Below, one piece after another: positions 42,401 through 52,693 of a stretch of 64,000 nucleotides of DNA. Numbering within the stretch: the first letter of the stretch is position 1; each line of letters begins with the position of its first letter. Under the pieces are notes generated by a model. It was not told the DNA's origin and ran no database searches. It worked only from the letters and a program-made list of their open reading frames with translations. The DNA lies in contig JAWKNF010000008.1 in assembly GCA_041391825.1 (NCBI GenBank), positions 36,943 through 100,942 of the forward strand, read 5' to 3'. A program made the position numbers and the translations under genes. This DNA is from Flavobacteriales bacterium. GTDB taxonomy: Bacteria; Bacteroidota; Bacteroidia; Flavobacteriales_F; PHOS-HE28.

Positions 42401-44504
42401 GGAGAAACGTTCTTTCGTTGACCATCTCCGTGATGGCGGCGACCGGTGGTTCTGGGTGAAGGCTCCGCATGCATCTATGGACTTGTGTGGCGAACCGAAT
42501 TGCATTCGACTTTTACCGACCGGCACAGTTTCTGGAACCACCTCGGCGATCTTTCGGTGCTGCTGCCACGCGGTACATGGGGTTGCTGGATTGGCGCTCA
42601 GTGACGTTTGCGAGCAGCTTCTTTTCTCAGAGGCGTTCCGAACCTGAAGAGAATCAGAAGTACGGGGTGCCTTCCAGATTGATAGGTTCCTCAGAGAGCA
42701 TCCGCATGAGCTATGCGATGTCTACATCATCTGACCGGACGATAGTGCACGATGCCGCTAACGACAAGCAGGAGATCGATAACATTTTTCAGCTCGAATA
42801 GACAGGAAGGTGATCCGCAGTACTACCTTGGTGACAGAGAAATTCACGCAGAGAGATTGACTATTCAATTGCGGCGCTTGACATTGACCCAGAACGGGGC
42901 AGAGATCAAGCACAGACATTCCGGTGCTGGCAATCTGGGTGCCTGGTTCTATGGAGCAGCAATGGCTTGTTCAATGACTAGTTGATGAAGGAGTTGCTCA
43001 AAGCGTTTGAGTTCCCTTCCTGCCTGCGTGATTCTTCTGCGGGGTTGTTCGCATTTCATACCCTCCTTGCTCTTTCCCAAGGCCCGGTTCCTCATTGCGA
43101 AGACAACTTCTTGTGTGAGGCATGCATGCTCATAGGTACGGCTGCATCCTTGGCTACACTTCCACCGCCTTTACGGTTAGAGAATCCTCACCGTTCAGCA
43201 TGTACTGACGGTCGAGTTCATAAGTTATATGGCTGCGGGTACATTCTCTGTGGTTCTTCGCAATAGCCAGCGTTCATTGGTAGAGATGTTCGTCAGGTTT
43301 TGCGGTTGTTGCTACGCATCAACTTCCTGGGACCCCATAGCGGCTGATGCGGCTTCCCACATCCAGAGGCTCGTCCTCTTCGCTTCTTCAGCACCTGCGC
43401 AAGCCAAGCACCAAGACCATTCAAGGGCTTTGAGTGAACTCTTTCTATCGCTACACGAGATAACCCTGAACGGGTCAATGGATGGCATGTGCATCCAATG
43501 GGCCTGCACGATTTCATCTTGAAGAAATTCGCTGAGGCTAACATGCCTCATAAGGTTAGTCGCATCGCTTTTCGCACAATCAACTTTCTCCACCAAGGGG
43601 GGGCATCGCTCTTCGTAGCGTCAGTGCTAATGGAACGATCCGGTCAGGGTATATCAGTGTTCGACCTGCCGAGAGGGCGCATGCACGCCTTTCTCCCAAT
43701 GCCTCACTTCTTCTTGATAGCACGCATCAATAATTTCAACGCTTGGTCTCGACTACGTGAAGTGTTGGCGGAAATCACCTGACGCTGCCTGCGCAGCAGA
43801 CTCCACTCCTCTTCTTTCCTTGGATGTGGTGCCACGCCTGTCCGCTGACACTCCCGAGCGGGTTACTGAGCATCTCCTACACCGTCAGATTATTTGACTT
43901 GACGGCGAGCCGGATTTGGTCGTTGCGTGAGCGACCGCAGCGAAAATCCCGCAAGCGTCCAGTATATTTAGGCGCGCCCAAACCTTTAAAATGTTGCCCG
44001 TGTCCAGTCACTTCAATTTTGGTCCATACCTTCCGCACCATCGTCAGCATCGCAGCAATAGCCACCGTCTCGCCGGCTGTAAAGTCGTTTATTCAGGAAT
44101 CTGTTCTTGCCAGTAGTGCAGGTGCTCCTTATAGCCGTTCCTTTCAGGGTGTTCCAAGTCCAGCATCCGCCTAGCGCCGCATCAAACGCCGCCAACTGTT
44201 CGCTTTGCACAACTCGATGAGTCTTCGTAAAGAGCATACTCGCCGTAGAGATGGAAGATGGTGTTGCCGAAGGTCCTGTCAGCTGCCCCTTGCTGACTGG
44301 TCTCGAGGCTGCAGTCCGCGAGTTCAGTTTTCAGCCATCCGGCATCGTTGTGGAGCATAGGAATCGTCGCTTGAGCAATGCTTCGGAAATGGGCATAGGT
44401 TCCGATGTCAACGAGCACGCTTCTCATCGATCTCCTCAACGCTCGCGGACCTTGCGTTTGAGGTTAAAGACGACGACATCCCACCATATCGTGCAGTCAG
44501 TTTT

Positions 44505-44770
44505 GGATAGAGCTTTCACCATGGTCAAGATCGTCGCTGTCGCCACCGTCTCCCGGTCTCATCCACATAAGAATGCTTCCGCGCATGCGGCCCGCGCTTT
44601 TTGCAAGACTGTCCTATGTCCTATGCAGCCCACCACGGGGTTCGCATTTGCATAGGACATCAGACAGTCTTTGCATCGTACAACATCAGCGCCGATCGAG
44701 TTTCCGGACCATGGTAAGAATAGTGGCAATGGCAACCGTCTCCCTGTTTCATCCACCACATCCACCAGCC
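44505..44770. repeat. About 260-bp repeat block, copy A. It contains the hairpin element and two copies of the sub-motif GCGATGGCAACCGTCTCCC-GTTTCATCCAC.
   Basis: Direct comparison with 45085-45350 shows the same order of sub-motifs at roughly 80% identity. A further partial sub-motif copy lies at about 44055. Confidence 0.7.
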
Positions 44771-45084
44771 ACTTCATGAGCCCTTGGTCTTATAGTTGAA
44801 CTTCTCACTAACAGGACCATGGTCACGAGGAAGTGAGTCCCGATGGCAATTAACAAATAGAACCACCACACAAGTGCATTGCCTCTCGAAAGAGCGAACA
44901 GTCCGTACAGAAGAGGAGTTAATTGTACAGTGCCAGGATGACCAGATGGCGGAAGATGGTTGTTTCGACTCCTGCTGCGTGCGGCGAGTGCGAAAACTGC
45001 CGCCCTCAGCAATAGATAGCCGACGAGTAGCCGACCAGGTCATCCCCGCATGGTCTCATCCGTTCTGATCCAACTTCCCCACCG

Positions 45085-45350
45085 TCGTCAAGACGTCGCA
45101 ATGGCCACCGTCTCCCGGTCTCATCCACAAAAGAAGAAGCCCGCGCACAAGGCTCAGTAAGCGTAAGACTGTACCATGTCCTATGCGCCCAGCATGGGGC
45201 TCAGATTTGTATATAGACACCGGACAGTCTTGGTATCGTACTGCTCATCGCCCTCCGATCGAGCTTCCGGACCATGGTAAGAATAGAAGGCGATGGCAAC
45301 GGTCTTCCAGTTTCGTCAACACATCCACCAGGAACTTCACAATGCCTGTC
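45085..45350. repeat. About 260-bp repeat block, copy B.
   Basis: See copy A. Confidence 0.7.
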
Positions 45351-45399
45351 GCGATGTCTGCACCTCCTTAGGGGCTGTCCTCGGTCTTCGGCTTCTTCT

Positions 45400-47250
45400 C
45401 CCGATCCACCTCTCTTTCACCGTGAACTTCACTTGATCACGGCGCCGGGGTATACTGGCTTGCGAAGCGGGCTTCCTCGACGCCGTAGTTCAGCAGCACC
45501 GGCCCTTTGGCGCATCCACGAAGAGCATGCGCGGCTGAGGATGAAGTGCTGTGCGCCACACGTCCGGTGAAGATGGTGCCGTCCAGGCGTTCTCGTCCAT
45601 GTGGGCGTAGAACTTGTCGCGCACGAGGTCCGCGAAGTTGTTGATGTCGTCCAGCGTCACGGTGTGCTTCTCGCCATCACGGTATCGCCCACCCGCACCG
45701 AAGTGCAATGCGGAAGGTGTGCTTCGGTGTAATCGTTTGCTTGGCACTTGTTGGTACTGTTGCGTGAGCGCGGTGATGGTGGTGGGGCTGCTCGATGGCG
45801 GTGTTGCAGTGCAGCACGCCGCGCTTGCCGCCCATCTCCTGGCCGCCACCCGCGCGACCAGGACCGCCGTGGCCAGCGTGGCCAAGGGTGAGCTTTCGTG
45901 GCCGGTGTTCTCCTTCGCCATGTCGCGGTCGATCACCAGCATGCGGCCGTGGTGGCTCGCAGCACCCCACACGAACTGCTGTGCGATGCTGTCGTCGTAG
46001 GTCGCGATGCCGGTACAGAGGCTCTTGCCGAGCTTGGTGAGGGCCACGGCATCGTCGATGTCCTTGTAGGGCATCAAGGTGCTCACCGACCGAAGGCCTC
46101 GATGTTGTGGCTTCGCTGGTTCTTCCACGGGTCCTTGTTCAGCAGCAGGGATGGGGCTCGCGGCTGCACCTTCGCCGCATCGGCACCGGTCACTCTACGT
46201 TTTTCGGGTCGCCGTACACCGTACCGCCGCCCTTCATCAGTTCGGCGAGGCTGTCGCGCATCAGCAGTGTTGCGTCTGTCCGGCGAGGGCACTCATGGCG
46301 CACGCCTTCGGCACGCGGGTCACCGATCACCGTGCCGAGGCGCTTGCCCAGCGACCTGCACATCCTCCACCAGGTTCTCGGGCACCCGCGATGCGCCGCG
46401 CACCGGTGCAGCGCTGGCCGCACTTCGTCATCTCCTTGCCGACCTCCTCTGATGAAGAGCGTGAACTCCTCGGTATCCGGCGTGGCATCGGGACCGAGCA
46501 CGATGCTGTTCAAACTGTCGGCCTCCATGCCGGTGCCACGCTCTCGGCGATGATGCGCGGGTGGCTTTCAGCATGCGGCCGGTCTTCGCACTACCGGTAA
46601 AGGTGACGACGTCCTGGCTTTCGACACGATCGAGCAGATCACCGCACTACCCACTTCATCAGCTGCAACGCCCCTTCGGGCAAGGGATCTGCTTTCGACG
46701 ATCGCCTTCGCCATCGCTTCGCGAGGTAGCTCGTCACGGTAGCGGGCTTCACCACGGCGGGCATCCCGGCCATCCAATTCACGGCGCACTTCTCCAGCAT
46801 GCCCCAGATAGGGAAGCGAACGCGTTGATGTGCACGGCCACGCCCTCCTTCGGCACCATGATGGTGGCCCATGAACGTCCCGCCGGCGGCTGGTGAGCAC
46901 CGGTGGTCCATCCACATAGAAGGGCATGCTGAGCCTGCTTGCGCAAGCTGGCGTTGGCGAACACGTTGCCGATGCCGCCCTCGATGTCCACCTGCACTCG
47001 TCGGCCTTGGTGGCGCCGGTGGTAGGCCGCATCTTGTAGAACTCGTCCTTGCGGTCCATGAGGTAGAGCGCGAGGGCCTTCACATGCGGCCGCTCCGGGA
47101 AGGTCATCTTGCGCAGGGGAGGACCGGCCCACTTCGCGGGCGTAAGTGAGCATGGCGCCGAAGTCCAGGCCGCTGCTTGACGTTGTGGCGATGAGTTGCC
47201 GGTGGAGGCGTCCACCAATTCACTTTATTGCCGGTGCCGGCACCCAGTGG
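45400..47250 (-). pseudogene. PaaZ-like bifunctional aldehyde dehydrogenase / MaoC-hotdog hydratase gene, high GC, riddled with frameshifts.
   Basis: Minus-strand fragments: ALDH motifs FPIWGMLEKCAVNWMAGMPAVVKPATVTSYL, ...MAKAIVES... and GDPRAEGV. The C-terminal MaoC piece reads HTVTLDDINNFADLVRDKFYAHMDENAW. The pieces are spread over all three frames. Confidence 0.5.
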
Positions 47251-47339
47251 CCGGCGATGTAGTTCTGTAGCTGCATTGGTGCTAAGGTCGGGAGGAATCG
47301 GGGAACGGCAGAGGAATGCGAATACATCCGCGATCACGT

Positions 47340-48795
47340 AGAGAGCACTTCGCTACCGCTCGTGGGTGGGGATGGTCGGGAATACATCCATAGACACAGA
47401 CGCTCTTGCCAACGCTCGTGGTGCTGGATGGTCGGCCGTGACCGCCGATTACGTTGATGTAGGTATTCTGCTACCGCTCGTGGGTGGGGATGGTCGGGAA
47501 TACATCCACAGATGTCACATCACTTCGCTAACGCTCGTGTGCTGGGATGAGTTGAATGTAGATCCGCCAACATGTTGATGCACTCGCTACTGCCGTGCGG
47601 CGTTGCCGGGCAACTCATCAGGAAAGGCTGCCGTTAGGCAAGCGATCTGCGTAATCTGCATCAGTTCTTTCCTTGACCATCCACAGATGTCGCTGCATCA
47701 CTTCGCCAACGCCCGTGTGCTGGGATGGTTGGGGAACACATCCGCGGATTACGCAGAGGTACTCGCTACCGCTCGTGGGTGGGGATGGTCGGGAATACAT
47801 CCACAGATGTCACGCATCACTTCGCTAACGCTTGTGTGTTGGGTTGGTAGGGAATATATCCGCGGATTACGCAGGACCTGTCCTGCCTAGTGGGAGGCAC
47901 CGCTACCGCTCGTGTGGCATTGCAGGGTATCTCTTATCAGCAAAGGTTGCCGTTAGCAAGCCATTCGCGTAATCTGCGATCAGTCTCTTTCCTTGACCAT
48001 CCACAGATAACACAGATCACTTCGCTAACGCCGTGTGCTGGGATGGTTGGGAATACATCCGCGGATTACGCAGAGGTATCGCTACTGCTCGTGGGTGGGG
48101 ATGGTCGGGAATACATCCACGGATGTCACGCATCACTTCGCTAACGCTTTCGTGTGTTGGGCTGGTAGGGAATACATCCGCGGATTACGTAGAGTAGACT
48201 CGCTACCGCTCGTGGGTGGGGATGGTCGTAAATACATCCACAGATGTCATTGCATCACTAACGCTCGTGTGCTGGGATGGTCGGGTCGTAGATCCGCCGA
48301 TTGCGCTGATGCACTCGCTACCGCTCGTGTGGCATTGCAGGGCATCTCATCAGGACAAGGCTGCCGTTAGGCAAGCCATCTGTGTCATCTGTGGATCGTT
48401 CTTATTCTTCCTTGATCATCCACAAATGTCACGGATCACTTCGCCAACGCTCGTGTGCTGGGATGGTCGGGTCGTAGATCCGCCGATTACGCTGATGCAC
48501 TCGCTACCGCTCGTGGGTGGGGATGGTCGGGAATACATCCACAGATGTCACGGATCACTTCGCTAACGCTCGTGTGCTGGGATGGTTGGGGAATACATCC
48601 GCGGATTACGCAGAGGTACTCGCTACCGCTCGTGTGGCGTTGCCGGGCAACTCATCAGGAAAAGGCTGCCGTTAGGCAAGCCATCTGCGTGATCCCGATT
48701 CTCGGGACAGGTCCTGCGGATCGTTTCTTTTTCCTTGACCATCCACAGATGTCACGGATCACTTCGCTAGTGCTCGTGGCTGGGATGCGTTGAAC
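47340..48795. repeat. Complex higher-order tandem repeat of about 1.45 kb. It alternates about 59-bp X and Y units (CGCTCGTG..GGGATGGTCGGGAATACATCC...) with interspersed about 125-bp Z units.
   Basis: More than 20 units read directly from the sequence. Each unit has the GGATG-N10-CATCC mini-hairpin. Y units carry the palindrome TCCGCGGA. Z units share GGCATTGCAGGGCATCTCATCAGGA-AAGGCTGCCGTTAGGCAAGCCATCTG. There is no consistent reading frame. Confidence 0.85.
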
Positions 48796-48828
48796 GTAGC
48801 GGCCTCCGGGCGTGCGGATGATGGGGCG

Positions 48829-49805
48829 TCACTCGATGAGCAACGATACTGCTGCGACCGTGCCGTTGCGGCCATCGGTCAAGCGCATTTCGTAGACCCC
48901 GGAGGAAGCGGGGGAGCTGGATGGATCGGCCTTGTACTGGCTTGATGGACCACACGGCCCGAACCGGAGAAGAGTTGCACCATGCAGCCGCTCGCATCCA
49001 CGGACAAGTGGACCTCCTGATCGTGGGTCACCGGGTTCGGGCATATGGGTGAAGGTGTCCGGTGCTTCCAGCATGACCGCCACGACGCGGGAAGTGGTGG
49101 AGCCTGCCGTCCAGGTCCGTCTGCCGCAAACGGTAGTAGGTGGTGCCGACGATCGGCCCGGTGTCGGATACGTTGTAGCGTTGGCAGGCTGGAGCTATGC
49201 TCCACGGCTTCGCCACACATGCAACAGGTCCTGGAAGGTGGTCCCATCGGTACTCCGTTCCACGGTGAAATGGTCGTTGTCCGTTTCGCTTGCCGTGCTC
49301 CACTCCAGGTCCACGGCGTTCGTGCCGGGGCTTGCTGTGAAGGAGACCAGTTCGATGGGCAACACGGAGATGGTGCAGGGAATGGTGCTGATCGGTGAGC
49401 GATGGACCGCTGATGCGGATGTTGACGGTGTTGCGCCCAACGCGGTGGGGCTGGCCGTGGTATACAGTCGGTACGGGTGGTCCAGGCATTGGAAGTGAGC
49501 ACGGTACCCGATCCACCGTTGTTGGGCAAGTCGAAATAGATACTGCTCGACCAGGAAATGTATCCCTGCACAGGGTACATGCTGCCTGGTGCGTTCGGTC
49601 CGGATGAACGCGATGTCATAAGCCATGTGCGCACCACGTAATTGTAGCCGCCCGCAGTTGTCCGTTGCAGGGACGTGATGGCCACGGGCCGCACGTTCAG
49701 GAACACGGTGTACCTGTTGGTGGAATTGACGGAGCACATCGCTTGGCACACCGGACCGGGGAGCAGGGATAGGATGAAGAGGGAGAGGATGGATCGGAGC
49801 ATGAC
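48829..49805 (-). pseudogene. Secreted T9SS-type protein, frameshifted.
   Basis: Signal peptide MLRSILSLFILSLLPGPV. The domain LPIELVSFTASPGTNAVDLEWSTASETDNDHFTVERSTDGTTF, and YNVSDTGPIVGTTYYRLRQTDLDG in another frame, parallel the intact gene at 17648-19432. Confidence 0.5.
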
Positions 49806-49867
49806 AGGATGTGAGCGACCTTCTACGCGCCTGCACGGCTTCCCGTTACGATGCTGTGTGCCGCGGT

Positions 49868-50367
49868 TCAACGCCGCATGGCGCAGATCAGCTCGTCCTC
49901 CGTACGACCGTTCTTGGAAGAACGTGCCTGCATGCGCGCTTCCAGCACGAAGCCTGCCTTTTCCAACACCCGCTGCGAAGCGGTGTTGCTGCCGTATGGT
50001 CGCAGCATCCGGCATCTCCGGCAGCAGCTTGAACCACGTGCCACCGCTTGCTGGATGGCAGGTGCCATGATGCCCTTGCCCTGATGCTGCTTGCCATCCA
50101 GTAGCCCAGCCTCGCAATGGTGGCGATAGACGTCGCCTTGCGGAGCTGATGCCTACGGCGCCCACTGCTTCGCTGTCCACATCAATGGCCAGCAATGGTA
50201 CCTGCGGTCCGCGCTACGAAGCGGGCGAGGAATGCTTTGCCGTGTTCCTCGGTGTACGGGTGTGGAAAGGCATCCGCGAGATTATCGGCCACCGTGGCGT
50301 CGCTGGCGTGTTCCACCAGTGCAGGCAGGTCGGCCATGGTCCACGGGCGAAGCGTGAAGTGCGTCAT
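49868..50367 (-). pseudogene. GNAT-family N-acetyltransferase (RimJ/RimL-like), frameshifted mid-gene.
   Basis: N-terminal MTHFTLRPWTMADLPALVEHASD...; C-terminal piece RPYGSNTASQRVLEKAGFVLEARMQARSSKNGR in a different frame. Confidence 0.5.
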
Positions 50368-50371
50368 TCGA

Positions 50372-51769
50372 TCACCAGCTTTTCACGCTGCGCGATCCTT
50401 CGTGCGCCATGCATCGCATACGCACCGGGTGCGATACCGCCGCCAAGAGCCTGAAGGCGATGATACCCGTGCTTTGTGCGCTACGAAGCAAGCGCCCTTG
50501 TGCGTCGAACAACTTCATCAGTGCTCCCGCAGGTGCAGCGATGTGGACAAGACCTTGCACTGGTTGGGCCGCATCCGCTATATCTTGTCCGACCTTCCGG
50601 CATGCTCGTGGTGCAGGTCTCGAAGGCGCTGGCATCGAGCAGCGCATGCTGGCAGCGCACGGTGCGACCCGTGGGTGTACGTATTCGTCCCATGCCACCA
50701 AGGCATAGCCGCTGTTCGAATACCCGGCGGGGATCCCGCGGTTGTGGGCCGGTGAGGCGTTGTCGATGTGGTAGTCGTAGTTGTTCGGGTCGGCGAAGCC
50801 GATGAGGGCGAAGACGGGTTCCTTCAGATTGCCAGCGGTGTCGGTTTGCAGCGGAAAGAAGTTCGCCACGAACTGTCCTTGGCCGGCCAGGATGTTGCTG
50901 TAGGCCTTGAAGGCCGTCGCGCTGTTCATGCTGAAGAAGCTGCCCACCGTGCGTTCGTTCACCAGCGTGTTGTTGATGGCGAACAGTTCGTGCGGGCCGG
51001 GGTTGCTCATGCTCTCCAGCCCAAAGCCGATCATATTGCTGTTCTGCCCTTGTTGGCCTTGGTGCAGCACGTTGCCGATCAGGTAGGCCTGTCCGCCATC
51101 GGGCAGGTCGATCTCGCGGCTGGCGTTGCCGTTCTGTTCGTTGCTGAAGCGGTTGTATTCGATGACGTTCACATGCGCGCGGCTCTTGAGCTCGTGGCCC
51201 ACATTGGTGTGGTGGCTGTAGTTGTAGCGGAACCACAAGGTGTCGGTGTGGTTGATGTAGAGGTTGTGCGAGAAGCCATCGCCGAAGCCGTTGTGCGCGA
51301 ACTCGCAGTGCTCGATGGTGATGTTGCTCGGGCTGGCGTTCGGCGTGCCGGCCAGGATGCCGTTCTCGTTATAATGGAAGTAGCAGTGCCGCACGGTGAG
51401 GTGCTTCCCTTCCATGCGGATGCCGGCACCGTTGTGGTCGGGCACGCTGCACTCGCTGAATTCGATCCATTCCACCGTGGTGCGGTCCCCTTGGATCACC
51501 CAGATCCCCTTGTTGCCCCAGGCGTTGCCATTGCTCTCCAAGTGTGCTCTGCCACCGACGCCACGCAGCAGCAGGTCATCGGCGGTCCAGTTAGTGACAT
51601 CGGATGGATACACGCCGGCGGCGATGTTCACCGTATCGCCATTACCCACCAAGGCCGCCACTTGGCTCGGCGCCGTGTAGGCTTCGCCGGGACCGACGGA
51701 CCACTGGGTGGCCTGCATGGCAAGGCTGGTGGTTGCAGCGAGAAGAAAGAGGAGCGATCGGTCGCGCAT
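50372..51769 (-). CDS. Secreted right-handed beta-helix (pectate-lyase-like) protein with a T9SS-like C-terminal tail; possible frameshift near 50480-50560.
   Basis: Signal peptide MRDRSLLFLLAATTSLAMQA. Repeated NxxGxxI/HNxF beta-helix rungs (HCYFHYNENGI, EHCEFAHNGFGDG...). C-terminal ...KLFDAQGRLLRSAQSTG CTD-like segment follows a low-complexity stretch. Confidence 0.6.
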   Translation of the reverse strand: MRDRSLLFLLAATTSLAMQATQWSVGPGEAYTAPSQVAALVGNGDTVNIAAGVYPSDVTNWTADDLLLRGVGGRAHLESNGNAWGNKGIWVIQGDRTTVEWIEFSECSVPDHNGAGIRMEGKHLTVRHCYFHYNENGILAGTPNASPSNITIEHCEFAHNGFGDGFSHNLYINHTDTLWFRYNYSHHTNVGHELKSRAHVNVIEYNRFSNEQNGNASREIDLPDGGQAYLIGNVLHQGQQGQNSNMIGFGLESMSNPGPHELFAINNTLVNERTVGSFFSMNSATAFKAYSNILAGQGQFVANFFPLQTDTAGNLKEPVFALIGFADPNNYDYHIDNASPAHNRGIPAGYSNSGYALVAWDEYVHPRVAPCAASMRCSMPAPSRPAPRACRKVGQDIADAAQPVQGLVHIAAPAGALMKLFDAQGRLLRSAQSTGIIAFRLLAAVSHPVRMRCMAHEGSRSVKSW

Positions 51770-51787
51770 ACGACCAAAGTTATCAGA

Positions 51788-52669
51788 TCACTCCGCGGGG
51801 CCCGATGGCTCCTGCTCCGAGGGGTCGGGCGGTGCTGCTCTTCGCTTTGGCGGCTCGGGCATTTCCGCACCACAACGGCGGCAATACCGGGCATCGGGCA
51901 AATGGCCGGTGGCGTGGCAGCTCATGCACTCCTGGCCGGCGTCCACGTTCTTCACGATCTCGCCGCTCACGATGCCGGTGGGTACCGCGATGATGCCGTA
52001 ACCGAGGATCATGATGAAGGAGGCCAGCGCCTGCCCGACCACTGTTTGCGGGGCGATATCGCCATAACCAACAGTGGTAAGGGTGACGATCGCCCAATAG
52101 ATGCTGCGCGGTATGCTGGTGAAACCCGCCTCGGGGGTCTCCACCATGTACATGATGGTGCCGAACACGATGGTGATGGCGAACACGCCGAGCAGGAACA
52201 CCGAGATCTTCTGGCGACTGGCCATGAGCGCACGTCCGATCACGCCGGCCTCGGTGACGTAGCGGGCCAGTTTCAGGATCCGGAAGATCCGCAACAGGCG
52301 CAGCGATCGGATGACCATGAGGGAATGTGCACCACCGAAGATCAGCCCGAGGTAGGTGGGAAGGATGGAGAGCAGGTCCACGATACCGAAGAAGCTCAAG
52401 GCATAACGCATGGGACGCCTGATGCTCCATAGGCGTAGGCCATACTCGATGGTGAACAACGTGGTGAAGCCCAGTTCAGCGTAGTACAACGCACGGCCAT
52501 ATTCGGCCTTGATCTCCGACACGCTTTCCAGCATGACCAGCAACACGCTGATGACGATGGCCCACAGCAGGATCACATCGAACAGCTTGCCCATGGGCGT
52601 GGTGGTCCCGAAGATGATCCGGAACACCTCTTGCCGCAGGTCGCCTTTGGCCGGCTTATCGTAGGACAT
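51788..52669 (-). CDS. Voltage-gated (Kv-like, 6-TM) potassium channel with a C-terminal CxxC-x12-CxxC zinc-ribbon tail.
   Basis: S4 segment RSLRLLRIFRILKLAR with Arg at every third position. Selectivity filter TLTTVGYGD. Tail reads QECMSCHATGHLPDARYCRRCG. Confidence 0.8.
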   Translation of the reverse strand: MSYDKPAKGDLRQEVFRIIFGTTTPMGKLFDVILLWAIVISVLLVMLESVSEIKAEYGRALYYAELGFTTLFTIEYGLRLWSIRRPMRYALSFFGIVDLLSILPTYLGLIFGGAHSLMVIRSLRLLRIFRILKLARYVTEAGVIGRALMASRQKISVFLLGVFAITIVFGTIMYMVETPEAGFTSIPRSIYWAIVTLTTVGYGDIAPQTVVGQALASFIMILGYGIIAVPTGIVSGEIVKNVDAGQECMSCHATGHLPDARYCRRCGAEMPEPPKRRAAPPDPSEQEPSGPAE

Positions 52670-52693
52670 GTGGCAAAGGAAGCGGAAAGTCGA

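Noticed and set aside
44013-44439. Two short minus-strand ORFs (LVDIGTYAHFRSIAQATIPMLHNDAGW...).
   Set aside because: Could be fragments of a nuclease partner of the decayed R-M module, but no diagnostic motif (PD-(D/E)xK, Vsr, HNH) could be identified by eye.
36500-48795. Possibility that the tandem repeat arrays are CRISPR arrays.
   Set aside because: Units abut directly with no unique spacers of constant length. Repeat lengths (22 bp; 59/125 bp) and the alternating higher-order structure do not fit repeat-spacer architecture. No cas genes were recognised.
48879-50195. 438-aa minus-strand ORF.
   Set aside because: Pro/Ser/Arg-rich composition with no motif. It runs through what are clearly pieces of a T9SS protein (other frames) and a GNAT gene, so it is an accidental open frame in a high-GC pseudogene tract.
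50768-52432. 554-aa plus-strand ORF.
   Set aside because: Antisense to the beta-helix protein and the K+ channel, both well supported. Gly/Val/Ala/Asp composition typical of antisense frames.
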